Below are positions 50,122-60,425 of a DNA stretch of 64,000 nucleotides, piece by piece. Numbering within the stretch: the first letter of the stretch is position 1; every line of letters starts with the position of its first letter. This stretch comes from an uncultured Bacteroidales bacterium (GTDB taxonomy: Bacteria; Bacteroidota; Bacteroidia; Bacteroidales; WCHB1-69), in contig CALGTS010000015.1 of assembly GCA_937901925.1 (NCBI GenBank), positions 67,239 through 131,238 on the forward strand. The letters run 5' to 3'. The position numbers and the translations under genes were made by a program. Below the pieces are notes generated by a model, which ran no database searches, was not told the DNA's origin, and saw only the letters and a program-made list of their open reading frames with translations.

Positions 50122-52299
50122 TTATCTTCTTTTTTTATGTGGATAGCTACTCTTAATCTCCTTCTGTTCTATACCCAAATTTTTTTGATGGAACTGCTCA
50201 ATTTTGCGCCACAAATGTACGCGATCCATTCCAGAAACATTATGAGGATGGTTAGGATAGATAAAATAATCAAACAAAACTCCATCTTTTATACTCTGAT
50301 TGATTAAAGATTGGGAATGTTTCCAAAGAACGACATCATCTTGTGCACCATGGAAAACAAGAAGCGGAGTTTTTAAGTTTTTGATTTTGTTGATGATAGA
50401 AGTTTGTTCATAACCTTCAGGATTTTCCTCTGGGGTATCCATATAGCGCTCGCCGTACATAATTTCGTACCAACGCCAATCTACAACTGGACCACCACAA
50501 GTTGCCGATGCAAACACATCAGGGTAAGTAGTAATGAGCGAAAGTGTCATAAAACCGCCATAACTCCAGCCGTCAACAGCAATGCGATTAGAATCCACAT
50601 AAGGTAAACTTTTTAGGTATTCCACACCACACATCTGATCTTCCATCTCCAACTTACCCACATTTCTGTGAATACATTTTTCAAACTCCACACCTCGATT
50701 TGCAGTTCCGCGATTGTCGAGCGTGAAAACGATGTAACCTTTTTGTGCCAAATATTGCAAATGCACTCCACCGCTCATAAAGGTGTTGTCAACCAACTGA
50801 GAGTGTGGCCCTCCATAAACATACACCATACAGGGATATTTCTTGCTGGCATCGAAATTTGGAGGCAAAATCATTCGGCAATATAAATCAATATTCTCCT
50901 TATTTTTAATCGTGAAAATAGAAGTTTTACCCAAATCAGTTTTAGCGTATGGATTTTCGGCACGGAAAATCTCCTCAATTTTCTTTCCTTTATTATTATA
51001 CAAATCAATAACAGAAGGAGTTTCAAGGTTAGTAAAGTAATCGATAAAATAGGTTTTATCCTCCGAAAAATAGGGAGTGTGAGTGCCAGAAGTTGTGGTA
51101 AGTGCTGTCATCTTTCCACTTTTGATATTTACGGCATAAACTTGTCTGTCAACTGGAGAGGGATTTGTAGAAACGAAATAGATATTTTGCTCCTTTTTAT
51201 CCCAACCCAAAAAATCAGTTACGCACCATTCTCCTTTTGTCAATTGGGCAATTTGCTTTCCATCAGCGCTATGTAAATAGAGATGAGGCCAGCCATCGCG
51301 GTCGCTCAAAAGGATAAAATTTCCGTTTGTCAAAAATTGCATACGAGAAGAGGGTTCCACATAGCGAGAATCGCGTTCTTCCATCAAAATTTTTACTTTA
51401 TCGCCTGTTTTCACATCATACTCAATCAATTTACTATGATTTTGTGCACGATTTAAGTGACTAATATAAAGTTTACTTTCATCTGGAGAGAAGGTAACGT
51501 TTGTCAAAAATTCACCATCTACCATATCTGTTTTGATATAATGATAAACGGGCGTATTTTTCTGTGCTGACGCTGCCACGTCAAAAATTCCCACTTTCAC
51601 CTGATGATTTTTTCTACCAGCCATCGGATATTTAATCATACGGGTATCAGCAACATCAGCAGTAATATCCACCAAAGGATAATCATCTACCATACTTTCA
51701 TCCATACGATAAAAAGCGATATATTTTCCGTTGGAAGAGATATATTGTCCCTCTCCTATTCCCCATTCGTTACGGTGAACCGACTCACCAAACACAATAT
51801 TTTTTCCAGTATCAGGACATAATAACACTGGCTCGAAGTTATTCAAAGCGGACTTCACAAATACATTTTTTCCCACTTTTACTACGAAAATCGACTCTTT
51901 CAAGTTGTAATCAATAATATTTTCCTGCTTTTTGATTGGAAATTCTTTCACTTGAATACCCGTTTCTGTTACAGTAATCATAAGATTGTTTTGACTCAAA
52001 AAGATAGAATTTTGGTCTACCCAAGAAAAACCGCGCAACGTATTAATATCCGCAATTTTCTTTTGAACATCTGACAAACATAAAAAAACTGTTTTCTTCG
52101 TACTTTGCGGATTTTTCAGAAAAATTGTATCATTTTTAAGAATTGAAATCTGATTTGTACTAGGTCTCCAACTCAAGTTTGGTCTGCCTTGTACACGATA
52201 TTTTCCTTTGAAAACACCCTCCAAATCAATAATATTTTCCTGTGCAAAAGAGCACATTAAGAGAAAAAAAGATAAAGATAATACCAATAATTTTTTCAT
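50122..52299 (-). CDS. dipeptidyl-peptidase IV (S9B family)
   Basis: 725 aa with a signal peptide. Beta-propeller N-terminal half. Catalytic motif DGWSYGG, then the D..V and H triad region. Confidence 0.92.
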   Translation of the reverse strand: MKKLLVLSLSFFLLMCSFAQENIIDLEGVFKGKYRVQGRPNLSWRPSTNQISILKNDTIFLKNPQSTKKTVFLCLSDVQKKIADINTLRGFSWVDQNSIFLSQNNLMITVTETGIQVKEFPIKKQENIIDYNLKESIFVVKVGKNVFVKSALNNFEPVLLCPDTGKNIVFGESVHRNEWGIGEGQYISSNGKYIAFYRMDESMVDDYPLVDITADVADTRMIKYPMAGRKNHQVKVGIFDVAASAQKNTPVYHYIKTDMVDGEFLTNVTFSPDESKLYISHLNRAQNHSKLIEYDVKTGDKVKILMEERDSRYVEPSSRMQFLTNGNFILLSDRDGWPHLYLHSADGKQIAQLTKGEWCVTDFLGWDKKEQNIYFVSTNPSPVDRQVYAVNIKSGKMTALTTTSGTHTPYFSEDKTYFIDYFTNLETPSVIDLYNNKGKKIEEIFRAENPYAKTDLGKTSIFTIKNKENIDLYCRMILPPNFDASKKYPCMVYVYGGPHSQLVDNTFMSGGVHLQYLAQKGYIVFTLDNRGTANRGVEFEKCIHRNVGKLEMEDQMCGVEYLKSLPYVDSNRIAVDGWSYGGFMTLSLITTYPDVFASATCGGPVVDWRWYEIMYGERYMDTPEENPEGYEQTSIINKIKNLKTPLLVFHGAQDDVVLWKHSQSLINQSIKDGVLFDYFIYPNHPHNVSGMDRVHLWRKIEQFHQKNLGIEQKEIKSSYPHKKRR

Positions 52300-52480
52300 A
52301 AAGCTATTTTTAATTGTTTAATTTTCAATCAACTATAATAATTTTCAAAAGAATATAATCATTGGCAAATATACAATAAAAAGGTAGGAAATTTTCAGGG
52401 ATAAAAAAGAAGAAAATTGGAATAAGATTGGAATTAAAAATAAAAAAAGGGCAAGGAGTTGGATATATTAAAAAAAATTG

Positions 52481-52488
52481 TATTTTTG
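52481..52488 (+). promoter_or_regulatory. -7 promoter box (TATTTTTG) upstream of tRNA-Cys
   Basis: TAnnTTTG about 14 nt before the tRNA 5' end. Confidence 0.5.
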
Positions 52489-52501
52489 CGGCACGAAAAA
52501 A

Positions 52502-52572
52502 GGGTCTCTTGGCCGAGTGGCTAGGCACCGGTCTGCAAAACCGTTTACTCCAGTTCGAATCTGGAAGAGACC
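52502..52572 (+). tRNA. tRNA-Cys (anticodon GCA), no encoded CCA
   Basis: GGTCTCT/AGAGACC acceptor stem, anticodon loop CTGCAAA, T-arm TCCAG-TTCGAAT-CTGGA, discriminator T. One C-T mismatch at the top of the anticodon stem. Confidence 0.85.
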
Positions 52573-52573
52573 T

Positions 52574-52606
52574 CAAGAAGTTCCATCGTTAGGTGGAACT
52601 TCTTTT
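52574..52606 (+). terminator. rho-independent terminator after tRNA-Cys
   Basis: AAGAAGTTCCA-TCGTTAGG-TGGAACTTCTT followed by a T-rich tail. Confidence 0.75.
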
Positions 52607-52711
52607 ATTATAAATCGTGGATGTTTTTAACAAAATCATCTATCTTTTTAAAATAAAAACAGTTAGAAAACTTTTTTTTCAGATAGCTGTTGTACAAATA
52701 TAAAAAAAGTG

Positions 52712-52719
52712 TATTTTTG
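52712..52719 (+). promoter_or_regulatory. -7 promoter box (TATTTTTG) upstream of infC
   Basis: TAnnTTTG about 50 nt upstream of the proposed ATT start. Confidence 0.5.
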
Positions 52720-52771
52720 CACGCCCCAAAAATAGGGGTAGAAAATAATAGTAATAACTTAAAAAGAAGTA

Positions 52772-53335
52772 ATTATCGCAACACAACCATTTCGTCCTAA
52801 CAATGTAAAAAGGACAGCACCTCAGAAGAAAGAGGCAGCACACAAAATTAATGAATATATCACCTCTCCCATGGTTCGAGTAGTAGGTGAAGGTATGGAA
52901 CCTAAAATTCTTTCTTTACGAGATGCATTAGCATTGGCAGAAAGTATGGAATTGGATTTGGTAGAAATTTCACCACAAGTTAATCCGCCTGTATGTAAAG
53001 TTATGGATTATCAGAAATTTCTTTATGACCAAAAGAAGAAACAGAAAGATATAAAAGCCAAATCTGCAAAAGTTGTTATTAAAGAGATTCGTTTAGGACC
53101 ACAAACCGACAATCACGATTTTGACTTTAAGGTAAACCACGCCATTCGATTTTTAAAAGAGGGATGTAAAGTAAAAGTGGATGTGTTTTTTAAAGGAAGA
53201 TCCATCGTTTATAAAGATCAAGGCGAGTTGATTTTATTGAAATTTGCACAAGCCCTTGAAGAGTATGGAAAGTTGGAGCAAATGCCAAAATTGGAAGGAA
53301 AGAGAATGATAATCGTTATCAATCCCAAAAAATAA
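52772..53335 (+). CDS. infC: translation initiation factor IF-3 (probable ATT start; the first ATG at 52871 would truncate the N-domain)
   Basis: The frame is open from 52763. Upstream in-frame residues ...KINEYITSPMVRVV match the IF-3 N-terminal INE.I....VR motif, so the start must lie upstream of the first ATG. Confidence 0.85.
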   Translation: MIATQPFRPNNVKRTAPQKKEAAHKINEYITSPMVRVVGEGMEPKILSLRDALALAESMELDLVEISPQVNPPVCKVMDYQKFLYDQKKKQKDIKAKSAKVVIKEIRLGPQTDNHDFDFKVNHAIRFLKEGCKVKVDVFFKGRSIVYKDQGELILLKFAQALEEYGKLEQMPKLEGKRMIIVINPKK

Positions 53336-53382
53336 AAAGATAGCAGAAAACTCATCATATTAACATTAAAAATTACTTAGCA

Positions 53383-53580
53383 ATGCCAAAAATGAAAACC
53401 AAATCCGCTGCAAAAAAGAGATTTACTCTTACAGGCACCGGTAAAGTAAAAAGACATCACGCTTATCATAGCCACATTCTTACGAAAAAAAGTACAAAAA
53501 GAAAACGTAACTTGGCTTACAGCGCAATCGCCGACAAATCGATGGAAGGAACCATCAAACAAATGTTAGGCTTACAATAA
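53383..53580 (+). CDS. rpmI: 50S ribosomal protein L35
   Basis: 65 aa, [14 protein letters not shown]... Confidence 0.97.
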   Translation: MPKMKTKSAAKKRFTLTGTGKVKRHHAYHSHILTKKSTKRKRNLAYSAIADKSMEGTIKQMLGLQ

Positions 53581-53662
53581 GAAAAATTAATTATTAACTT
53601 TACTATCAGCAAATTAAGAGTTTATATAGATAAACCGCTGACGTAAAAAGAAAGGAGAATTT

Positions 53663-54007
53663 ATGTCAAGATCAGTAAATCACGTTGCTTCAAGAGCAAG
53701 AAGAAAAAAGATTTTGAATCGTACCAAAGGGTACTTCGGAAAACGTAGAAACGTATGGACCGTTGCCAAAAATACTTGGGAAAAAGGTCAACAATACGCT
53801 TATCGTGACCGTAAAGCTAAAAAAAGAGCATTTAGAAGTTTGTGGATTACCCGTATTAATGCGGGCGTTCGCGAATATGGCTTATCCTACTCTGTATTTA
53901 TGGGTAGCTTAGCAAAGAAGGGTATCGAATTAAATCGTAAAACCCTCGCCGACCTCGCAATGAATAATCCCGAGGCATTCAAAGCTATCGTTGATTTAGT
54001 TAAATAA
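53663..54007 (+). CDS. rplT: 50S ribosomal protein L20
   Basis: 114 aa. Contains YAYRDRK..KR.FR.LWI.RINA. Confidence 0.97.
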   Translation: MSRSVNHVASRARRKKILNRTKGYFGKRRNVWTVAKNTWEKGQQYAYRDRKAKKRAFRSLWITRINAGVREYGLSYSVFMGSLAKKGIELNRKTLADLAMNNPEAFKAIVDLVK

Positions 54008-54060
54008 CATTTTTAGCAAAATCACTGAAATTTCGTATTAATTGAGTTTTTTGCAATATG

Positions 54061-54089
54061 AAAGAGCAACTTTTTAGTTGCTCTTTTTT
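54061..54089 (+). terminator. rho-independent terminator after rplT
   Basis: AGAGCAACT-TTTT-AGTTGCTCT plus a T-run. Confidence 0.8.
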
Positions 54090-54162
54090 ATTTCCCTTAT
54101 CTTAATGATATATATTAAAATTTGATGTAAATTTGCAGGTTAATATAAAAGAGTTTTTGAAA

Positions 54163-54720
54163 ATGGTTATTATTGGCATTACAGGCACCATCGGTGCAGG
54201 AAAAGGTACAATTGTGGAATACCTTTTGAAACATTATAAGTTTTCTCATTTCTCTGTAAGACAATATCTTATAGAAGAAGCAACACGCAGAAATCTTCCA
54301 CTAAACCGAGATACTTACGTAATGGTTGCCAACGACCTACGCGCAAAAAATTCTCCCTCTTTCATTACCGATGAACTTTATAAACAAGCAGAAAAAGAGA
54401 ATGTAAATGCTGTAATTGAAAGTATTAGAACACCTGGTGAGGTGGAATCGCTGCGCAAAACCAACCATTTTACTCTCTTAGCTGTTGATGCACAACCTGA
54501 AATTCGTTACCAAAGAGTGGTAAAACGAAACTCCGAAACGGACTCTATCAGCTACGAAACATTCCTCGAAAACGAAAAAAGAGAAATCTCATCTACCGAC
54601 CCTAACAAACAAAATCTTGCTGCTTGTATTCAACACGCTGATTTTGTCCTCAATAATGATGGAAATATTGAACAACTTTACACAACCATTGATTCTATAA
54701 TGAATAAAATTATCAAGTAA
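54163..54720 (+). CDS. P-loop nucleotide kinase-like protein (dephospho-CoA kinase / dNMP kinase-like)
   Basis: MVIIGITGTIGAGKGT Walker A at the N-terminus. About 185 aa. The substrate cannot be assigned by eye. Confidence 0.65.
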   Translation: MVIIGITGTIGAGKGTIVEYLLKHYKFSHFSVRQYLIEEATRRNLPLNRDTYVMVANDLRAKNSPSFITDELYKQAEKENVNAVIESIRTPGEVESLRKTNHFTLLAVDAQPEIRYQRVVKRNSETDSISYETFLENEKREISSTDPNKQNLAACIQHADFVLNNDGNIEQLYTTIDSIMNKIIK

Positions 54721-54727
54721 TCAATCT

Positions 54728-55777
54728 ATGAAAATCAAAACCTTGAAAAAGATATTACAATTTATTCTCTTTTTTGGGATAGGAATCCTTTTGGTTTGGA
54801 TTTCTATTAAAGATTTTCAATCTGATGATATTCAGGTCATTAAAGATTGTCTCAATAACTTACTAAATCCCAAAAGTATATTTTTTCTTTCTCTCTGCTT
54901 CCTTTTTGAAATTGCTTCACACTACGTTCGAGGATTGCGCAATATTCTTATGATTGAACCTTTAGGTTTTAAGGTGACGAAAAGAACCTCTTTCTTTGCT
55001 GTAATGATTTGTTACTTAGGTAATTTAGCTTTCCCTCGATTAGGAGAAGTTTTGCGTTGCTCCTTCTTAAAACGATGTGATAATATTCCTTTTGAGAAGA
55101 GTTTAGGAACCATTGTTACAGAAAGAATTATCGATATTGTAATTTGGCTCCTGCTTTTCTTGGTTGCTGCATTGACAAACTCTACTCTTATTTCTCATTT
55201 CTCTATCGATGAAAAAGGAACTACTGTGAAAGATGCGTTGAGCGATAAATTCTTTGCTATTGCTACAAATTACACCTTATATGTCCTATTTTTCGCTTTT
55301 TTAGCTCTTGTAGGAACCATCTATTTTACCCGAAAATATTGGAAAAAATCCTCCTTATTTCTAAAAATCTATGAGTTTATGAAAGGTATTTGGCAAGGTC
55401 TTATCTCTGTCAAAAATATGAAAAATAAAACTCTTTTTATTCTCTACTCTTTTGGAATTTGGATTTTCTACTTCTTGAGCGTTTACGCAAGCTTTTTCGC
55501 TTTCGACTTTTTACAACATTTAGGTCCTATGCCAGCACTCACAATCTTAGCTTTTTCTACCCTATCGTTTGTTATTGCTCAAGGAGGTTTGGGCGCATAT
55601 CCATTGATGGTAGCTGGCGTTCTAATTCTTTACAATATCGATTATAATCAAGGTTTTACCGTAGGTATGGTAAATTGGTTAGTTCAAACTACTACCTCTA
55701 TTATTTTAGGAATCGTAGCTCTTGTATATGTTTCACAAATTGAAAAAAATTCAAAATCTAAAAGTTATGAGGAATAA
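54728..55777 (+). CDS. UPF0104 / lysylphosphatidylglycerol-synthase-TM-region-like membrane protein
   Basis: 349 aa with about 8 TM helices. Family call recalled from overall pattern. Confidence 0.55.
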   Translation: MKIKTLKKILQFILFFGIGILLVWISIKDFQSDDIQVIKDCLNNLLNPKSIFFLSLCFLFEIASHYVRGLRNILMIEPLGFKVTKRTSFFAVMICYLGNLAFPRLGEVLRCSFLKRCDNIPFEKSLGTIVTERIIDIVIWLLLFLVAALTNSTLISHFSIDEKGTTVKDALSDKFFAIATNYTLYVLFFAFLALVGTIYFTRKYWKKSSLFLKIYEFMKGIWQGLISVKNMKNKTLFILYSFGIWIFYFLSVYASFFAFDFLQHLGPMPALTILAFSTLSFVIAQGGLGAYPLMVAGVLILYNIDYNQGFTVGMVNWLVQTTTSIILGIVALVYVSQIEKNSKSKSYEE

Positions 55778-56234
55778 AGTGATTACATTAGAGCAATTTA
55801 TCGCATTGAAACCCACTTTGCAAGATAAAAAAATCGTTTTTACCAATGGTTGCTTCGATGTTTTGCATTACGGACATGTAGATTACCTTCAAAAAGCCAA
55901 AGAGTTGGGAGATCTTCTTGTTTTAGGACTAAATAGCGACAATTCCGTAAAAAGATTGAAAGGAGAAAGTCGACCCATAAATCCTGAGTGGGCGCGTGCT
56001 GGTGTTTTAAGCGCATTAGAAGCTGTAGATTTCGTTATTCTTTTCAAAGAAGACACTCCTAAAAACCTCATCGAAGCTATCGTTCCCAATATTTTGGTAA
56101 AAGGCGGCGATTACTCCATCGACCAGATTGTCGGTGCTGACTTTGTACAAAAAAATGGTGGTCAAGTAATTACAATTGCATTTGTAGATGGATTTTCAAG
56201 TACTAATATCATTCATAAAATGAAACAAAAATGA
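55767..56234 (+). CDS. D-glycero-beta-D-manno-heptose 1-phosphate adenylyltransferase-like cytidylyltransferase (RfaE domain II)
   Basis: [17 protein letters not shown] (HxGH) and LNSD.SV..LKG..RP motifs. Start taken at ATG 55767. Confidence 0.85.
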   Translation: MRNKVITLEQFIALKPTLQDKKIVFTNGCFDVLHYGHVDYLQKAKELGDLLVLGLNSDNSVKRLKGESRPINPEWARAGVLSALEAVDFVILFKEDTPKNLIEAIVPNILVKGGDYSIDQIVGADFVQKNGGQVITIAFVDGFSSTNIIHKMKQK

Positions 56235-57184
56235 AAAGATTTCTTTTTATTATTTTTGTAATTAGTTGTTTTTCTGCATATTCTCAACGAATTAATGTGG
56301 ATATTAACGAAAATACGCAAAACATAACTTTAGTATCTTCCCAAAACTTATCTGCTAATTTTTCCGACCATTTCAACGGAAAAAAATCTTTTGTGCATGA
56401 AAATTATCAAATTCCCGCTTTTAATCTTTATAATAATTTGTGGGATACACTTCATATTCGCTCTCAAAAATTAGAAATTCCATTTTTTGATAATCTCATC
56501 AAAATTATTCTTGTTCAAGAGAATAACTCACCTTTTATATTTCCGTGCGCAGGAGAACTCGCCCTTAAATATGGAAATCAACGCGACCGAAAATTTCATA
56601 CAGGAATAGATTATATTCTCGAACAAGGCGACCCTATTGTTTGCTGTTTCGATGGCGTAGTACGTATGGTACGAAAATATGGAGACTACGGAAATTGTAT
56701 CGTAATAAGACATTACAACGGATTGGAAACCATTTATGCACATTTAGAAGAAACTTTTGTTAAACCTGGCCAAATTGTAAAAGCGGGTAACTTAATTGGA
56801 AATGCAGGCTTGAGCGGAAATACTGACCTCTGCATTCTGCACCTTGAAATGCGCTTTATGAACGAATTTTTCGACCCTGAAAAGGTTATTGATAACTCCA
56901 CACGCCGCCTAAAAACCAACATCTTAGAATTAACACCTGAAGATTTCTACATTTTGCCTTTGCCTACAAAGAAAAATAATCAACTTGAAAAAAATGAAGA
57001 AAAAGATGAAGAGATTATAAATACAAATTCACCTAATTCTGTTTATCACATTGTAAAACAGGGTGAAACTTTGTATAAAATTTCGAGAATTTATAACGTT
57101 TCTATTAAACAGATTATCTCTCTTAATAATCTGAAAAATAATGGAGAAAATATTCAAGCAGAACAAAAATTAAAAATCAAATAA
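56231..57184 (+). CDS. M23-family peptidase with C-terminal LysM domain
   Basis: HTGIDY..GDPI..DG.V motifs. C-terminal [30 protein letters not shown] is LysM. Confidence 0.88.
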   Translation: MKRFLFIIFVISCFSAYSQRINVDINENTQNITLVSSQNLSANFSDHFNGKKSFVHENYQIPAFNLYNNLWDTLHIRSQKLEIPFFDNLIKIILVQENNSPFIFPCAGELALKYGNQRDRKFHTGIDYILEQGDPIVCCFDGVVRMVRKYGDYGNCIVIRHYNGLETIYAHLEETFVKPGQIVKAGNLIGNAGLSGNTDLCILHLEMRFMNEFFDPEKVIDNSTRRLKTNILELTPEDFYILPLPTKKNNQLEKNEEKDEEIINTNSPNSVYHIVKQGETLYKISRIYNVSIKQIISLNNLKNNGENIQAEQKLKIK

Positions 57185-57185
57185 G

Positions 57186-57668
57186 ATGGAAGAGAATAAA
57201 AATGTTCGTCCTTCGTGGGACGAATACTTTATGGAAATTGCCAATACAGTAAGCAAACGTGCCACTTGTGACCGCGGAAGAAGCGGCTGTGTAATTGTTC
57301 GCGACCGCCAAATTTTAGTTACCGGCTATGTAGGTTCACCGAAAGGTCTTCCGCACTGCGACGATGTAGGACACCAGATGAAGCAAACCATTCATGAAGA
57401 TGGCTCCATTACCAATCACTGCGTACGAACTGTTCACGCAGAACAAAACGCCATTTGTCAAGCGGCAAGATTAGGAATTTCGCTTATCGACAGTACTTTA
57501 TATTGCAGAATGACACCATGCCGTGTTTGTGCAATGCTCATTATCAACTGCGGAATTACCCGCGTAGTTTGCGAAAAAAAATATCATGCTGGTGCTGAAT
57601 CGGAAGAGATGTTCCGAAAAGCAGGTGTACAATTGGAATTTTTCTCTGAAGATATTCAACAATACTAA
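57186..57668 (+). CDS. dCMP deaminase (ComEB-type)
   Basis: HAEQNAI and PCRVCA zinc motifs. 160 aa. Confidence 0.92.
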   Translation: MEENKNVRPSWDEYFMEIANTVSKRATCDRGRSGCVIVRDRQILVTGYVGSPKGLPHCDDVGHQMKQTIHEDGSITNHCVRTVHAEQNAICQAARLGISLIDSTLYCRMTPCRVCAMLIINCGITRVVCEKKYHAGAESEEMFRKAGVQLEFFSEDIQQY

Positions 57669-57669
57669 A

Positions 57670-58746
57670 ATGAAAAATCTCACTTTAAGTACTCTTTTCT
57701 TACTGCTATTTCTTTTGGCTTCTGCGCAGGCCCCTGCCTACTACTACAATATTGCTGATGGTAAAAGCGGAAATCAATTGCGCATAGCCCTTTTTAATAT
57801 CATAAAAAATCATAATCAACAAAGTTACAGTAGTTTATGGGAACATTTCCGACAAACCGATGCCAAAAATGACGGAACGGTTTGGGATATGTATTCTGAT
57901 AATCCTGACGGAAATTCTGCCTATTCTTACACCTTTGCCAACCAATGTGGAAACTTCAATAGCGAAGGCGACTGCTTTAACCGCGAACATAGCGTTCCTA
58001 AAAGCTGGTTTGACGATCAATATCCAATGTACACCGACCTTTTTCACCTCTACCCTACTGATGGTTATGTAAATAACAAACGGGGTAATTTTCCTTTCGG
58101 GGAAGTGGAAAACGCTACTTGGACAAGTACTAATGGCTCTAAATTAGGACTAAACTCAACAAATGGCTATAGCGGAACTGTATTTGAACCTATTGATGCC
58201 TACAAAGGCGATTTTGCACGCACACTTTTCTATATGGCAACCCGCTATATGGATAAAGATTTATCGCAAACCGAATCTTCTGCTTTTATTGGAAGCGATT
58301 TAAAACCTTGGGCTCTCGAAATTATGCTGCAATGGCATATCGATGACCCCGTTAGTGAAAAGGAGATTGAACGAAATAATGCAGTTTACGAAATTCAAGG
58401 AAACCGAAATCCTTTTATCGACTTTCCTGATTTAGTTGAGAAAATTTTTGGAAGTGACACTCTCGCTATATTTTTGCTTTCTTCTGTTGAAGAATATGAA
58501 AATCAATTATATACAAAAATTTCTCCTAATCCAGCAGAAGACTTTATTACTATTTTTATTCCCGAAAAATTTCTCAATTTAAAATCTTTCTGCCAAATTC
58601 TAAACCTTTCTGGACAATTAATAGAACAGCATTCTTTAAATCAGCAAAATACAGAAATTTCCATTTCACATCTCCCAAAAGGTTTTTATCTGATTAAAAT
58701 TTATAATTCCATCTATTCCAAAATCCAAAAACTTATCATTCAATAA
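57670..58746 (+). CDS. secreted endonuclease I-family nuclease with a T9SS-type C-terminal sorting domain
   Basis: Start at MKNLTLSTLFLLLFLLASAQA. FNREHSVPKSWF and NRGNFPFG motifs indicate endonuclease I. The C-terminal ~80 aa (ISPNPAEDFITI...LPKGFYLIKI) resembles a Por secretion tail. Confidence 0.8.
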   Translation: MKNLTLSTLFLLLFLLASAQAPAYYYNIADGKSGNQLRIALFNIIKNHNQQSYSSLWEHFRQTDAKNDGTVWDMYSDNPDGNSAYSYTFANQCGNFNSEGDCFNREHSVPKSWFDDQYPMYTDLFHLYPTDGYVNNKRGNFPFGEVENATWTSTNGSKLGLNSTNGYSGTVFEPIDAYKGDFARTLFYMATRYMDKDLSQTESSAFIGSDLKPWALEIMLQWHIDDPVSEKEIERNNAVYEIQGNRNPFIDFPDLVEKIFGSDTLAIFLLSSVEEYENQLYTKISPNPAEDFITIFIPEKFLNLKSFCQILNLSGQLIEQHSLNQQNTEISISHLPKGFYLIKIYNSIYSKIQKLIIQ

Positions 58747-58747
58747 A

Positions 58748-59194
58748 ATGGCAACAATTCGTATTACTAGAATTTTTAATTTTGATATGGCTCACGCTCT
58801 TCCTGGTTACGACGGAAAATGTAAAAATATTCATGGCCATACTTACCAATTAGAAGTTACCGTAAAGGGTGAAACTTTACCCGAAAATAGTACTCCAAAA
58901 AACGGAATGCTAATCGACTTTTCAGTATTGAAAAATTTGATTAATAAAGAGTTAGATGAAAGATGGGACCACGCACTCATTTTGAAAAAAGATGAAAATA
59001 ATCAATTGCACCACGAACTAAAAAAGCAATTTGAAAGAGTATTTTTTGTGGACTACTCCCCTACTACCGAAAATCTTCTTTGTGATTTTGCTAAAAGAAT
59101 TTCTGCCATTCTTCCAGAAAATGTTTCCCTATTTTCTTTAAAACTTATGGAAACCCCTAAATCTTTTGCAGAATGGTATGCTTCTGAAAATTAA
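58748..59194 (+). CDS. queD: 6-carboxytetrahydropterin synthase
   Basis: 148 aa. Contains FDMAHAL.. and CKNIHGHTYQLEV motifs. Confidence 0.9.
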   Translation: MATIRITRIFNFDMAHALPGYDGKCKNIHGHTYQLEVTVKGETLPENSTPKNGMLIDFSVLKNLINKELDERWDHALILKKDENNQLHHELKKQFERVFFVDYSPTTENLLCDFAKRISAILPENVSLFSLKLMETPKSFAEWYASEN

Positions 59195-59214
59195 GAATTT
59201 ATAATAAGATAACT

Positions 59215-60105
59215 ATGACTGAAAATACACATCGTGCAGGTTTTGTAAATATTATTGGAAACCCCAACGTGGGAAAAAGTACTCTAATGAACCATTTAGT
59301 GGGTGAACCTCTTTCTATTATCACTGCCAAAGCCCAAACTACAAGACACAGAATTAAAGGAATTGTCAACGGAGATGATTATCAGATTGTCTATTCTGAC
59401 CTTCCTGGCATCTTAACACCTGCCTATAAAATGCAGGAAATGATGATGCGATTTGTCAACGAAGCTTTAAAAGACGCTGATCTGATTCTCTATTTGGTAG
59501 AATGTGGCGAAACCAAATATCAGCAGGAAATTATTGAAAGATTGAACAAATTTGAAATTCCTATTTTATTAGTAATCAATAAAATTGATAAAGCTACTGC
59601 TGAAGAAATTGCGGCTGCTAAAGCATTATGGCAAACCATTCTTCCTAAAGCAGAAATCATTGAAATTTCAGCAATACAACAGCTAAATTTGGATATTTTA
59701 TTGGAAAAAATTATCTCTTTTCTTCCTCCTTCTCCCCCATTTTTTCCTAAAGATGAACTTACCGACCGTCCTACTCGCTTTTTTATCTCCGAAATCATCA
59801 GAGAAAAGATTCTTTTACTTTACAAAAAAGAGATTCCGTACAGCGTAGAAGTAGTAGTAGAAAGTTACAAAGAGGAGGAAGAAATGGTGCGAATCAGCGC
59901 TATGTTATATGTTGAGCGCGACACGCAAAAAGGTATCATCATTGGAAATAAAGGCTGCGCTATTAAACAGTTGGGAATTGTCTCCCGCCAAGCTATCGAA
60001 GAGTTCATTCAAAAGCACGTTTTCCTTGAACTATCTGTAAAAGTGCTTAAAGATTGGCGCAATCAGGAGTTGATGATGAAAAAATTTGGATATTTCGAAG
60101 GATAA
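59215..60105 (+). CDS. era: GTPase Era
   Basis: GNPNVGKST, DLPG and NKID motifs with a C-terminal KH domain. Confidence 0.96.
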   Translation: MTENTHRAGFVNIIGNPNVGKSTLMNHLVGEPLSIITAKAQTTRHRIKGIVNGDDYQIVYSDLPGILTPAYKMQEMMMRFVNEALKDADLILYLVECGETKYQQEIIERLNKFEIPILLVINKIDKATAEEIAAAKALWQTILPKAEIIEISAIQQLNLDILLEKIISFLPPSPPFFPKDELTDRPTRFFISEIIREKILLLYKKEIPYSVEVVVESYKEEEEMVRISAMLYVERDTQKGIIIGNKGCAIKQLGIVSRQAIEEFIQKHVFLELSVKVLKDWRNQELMMKKFGYFEG

Positions 60106-60110
60106 TCTCA

Positions 60111-60151
60111 AAAGGTGAATTTCGGTGAAAATCAAAATTCACCTTTTTTTT
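60111..60151 (+). terminator. rho-independent terminator of era (overlaps the yidD 3' end)
   Basis: AAAGGTGAATT...AATTCACCTTT followed by T8. Confidence 0.7.
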
Positions 60152-60425
60152 CGCGTTTTAACGTGAATTTTTCAGGTACTGGATCGTAACCACTTCCGCC
60201 CCACGGATTGCAGCGTAGAATACGATAAATGGTCAAAATGGAGCCTTTTATTGCCCCATGTTTACGTAATGCTTCAATTCCATAATTGGAACAAGATGGC
60301 ATAAAACGACAATTTCTTCCTATAAATGGAGAAAGTGTATATTGATAAACCTTTATCAATCCTATCAAAAATCCAGAAAATATTTTTCTGAAAAAAAGAA
60401 AAATAGATATCACTATTTGTTTCAA
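60132..60425 (-). CDS. yidD: membrane protein insertion efficiency factor YidD
   Basis: YQ..LSP......CRF.PSCS.Y...A...HG..KG..L...RILRC.P motif. Confidence 0.92.
   Translation of the reverse strand: MKQIVISIFLFFRKIFSGFLIGLIKVYQYTLSPFIGRNCRFMPSCSNYGIEALRKHGAIKGSILTIYRILRCNPWGGSGYDPVPEKFTLKREKKGEF

Noticed and set aside
52325-52576. 83-aa minus-strand ORF
   Set aside because: It overlaps tRNA-Cys and its promoter, and it is a low-complexity AT-rich translation.
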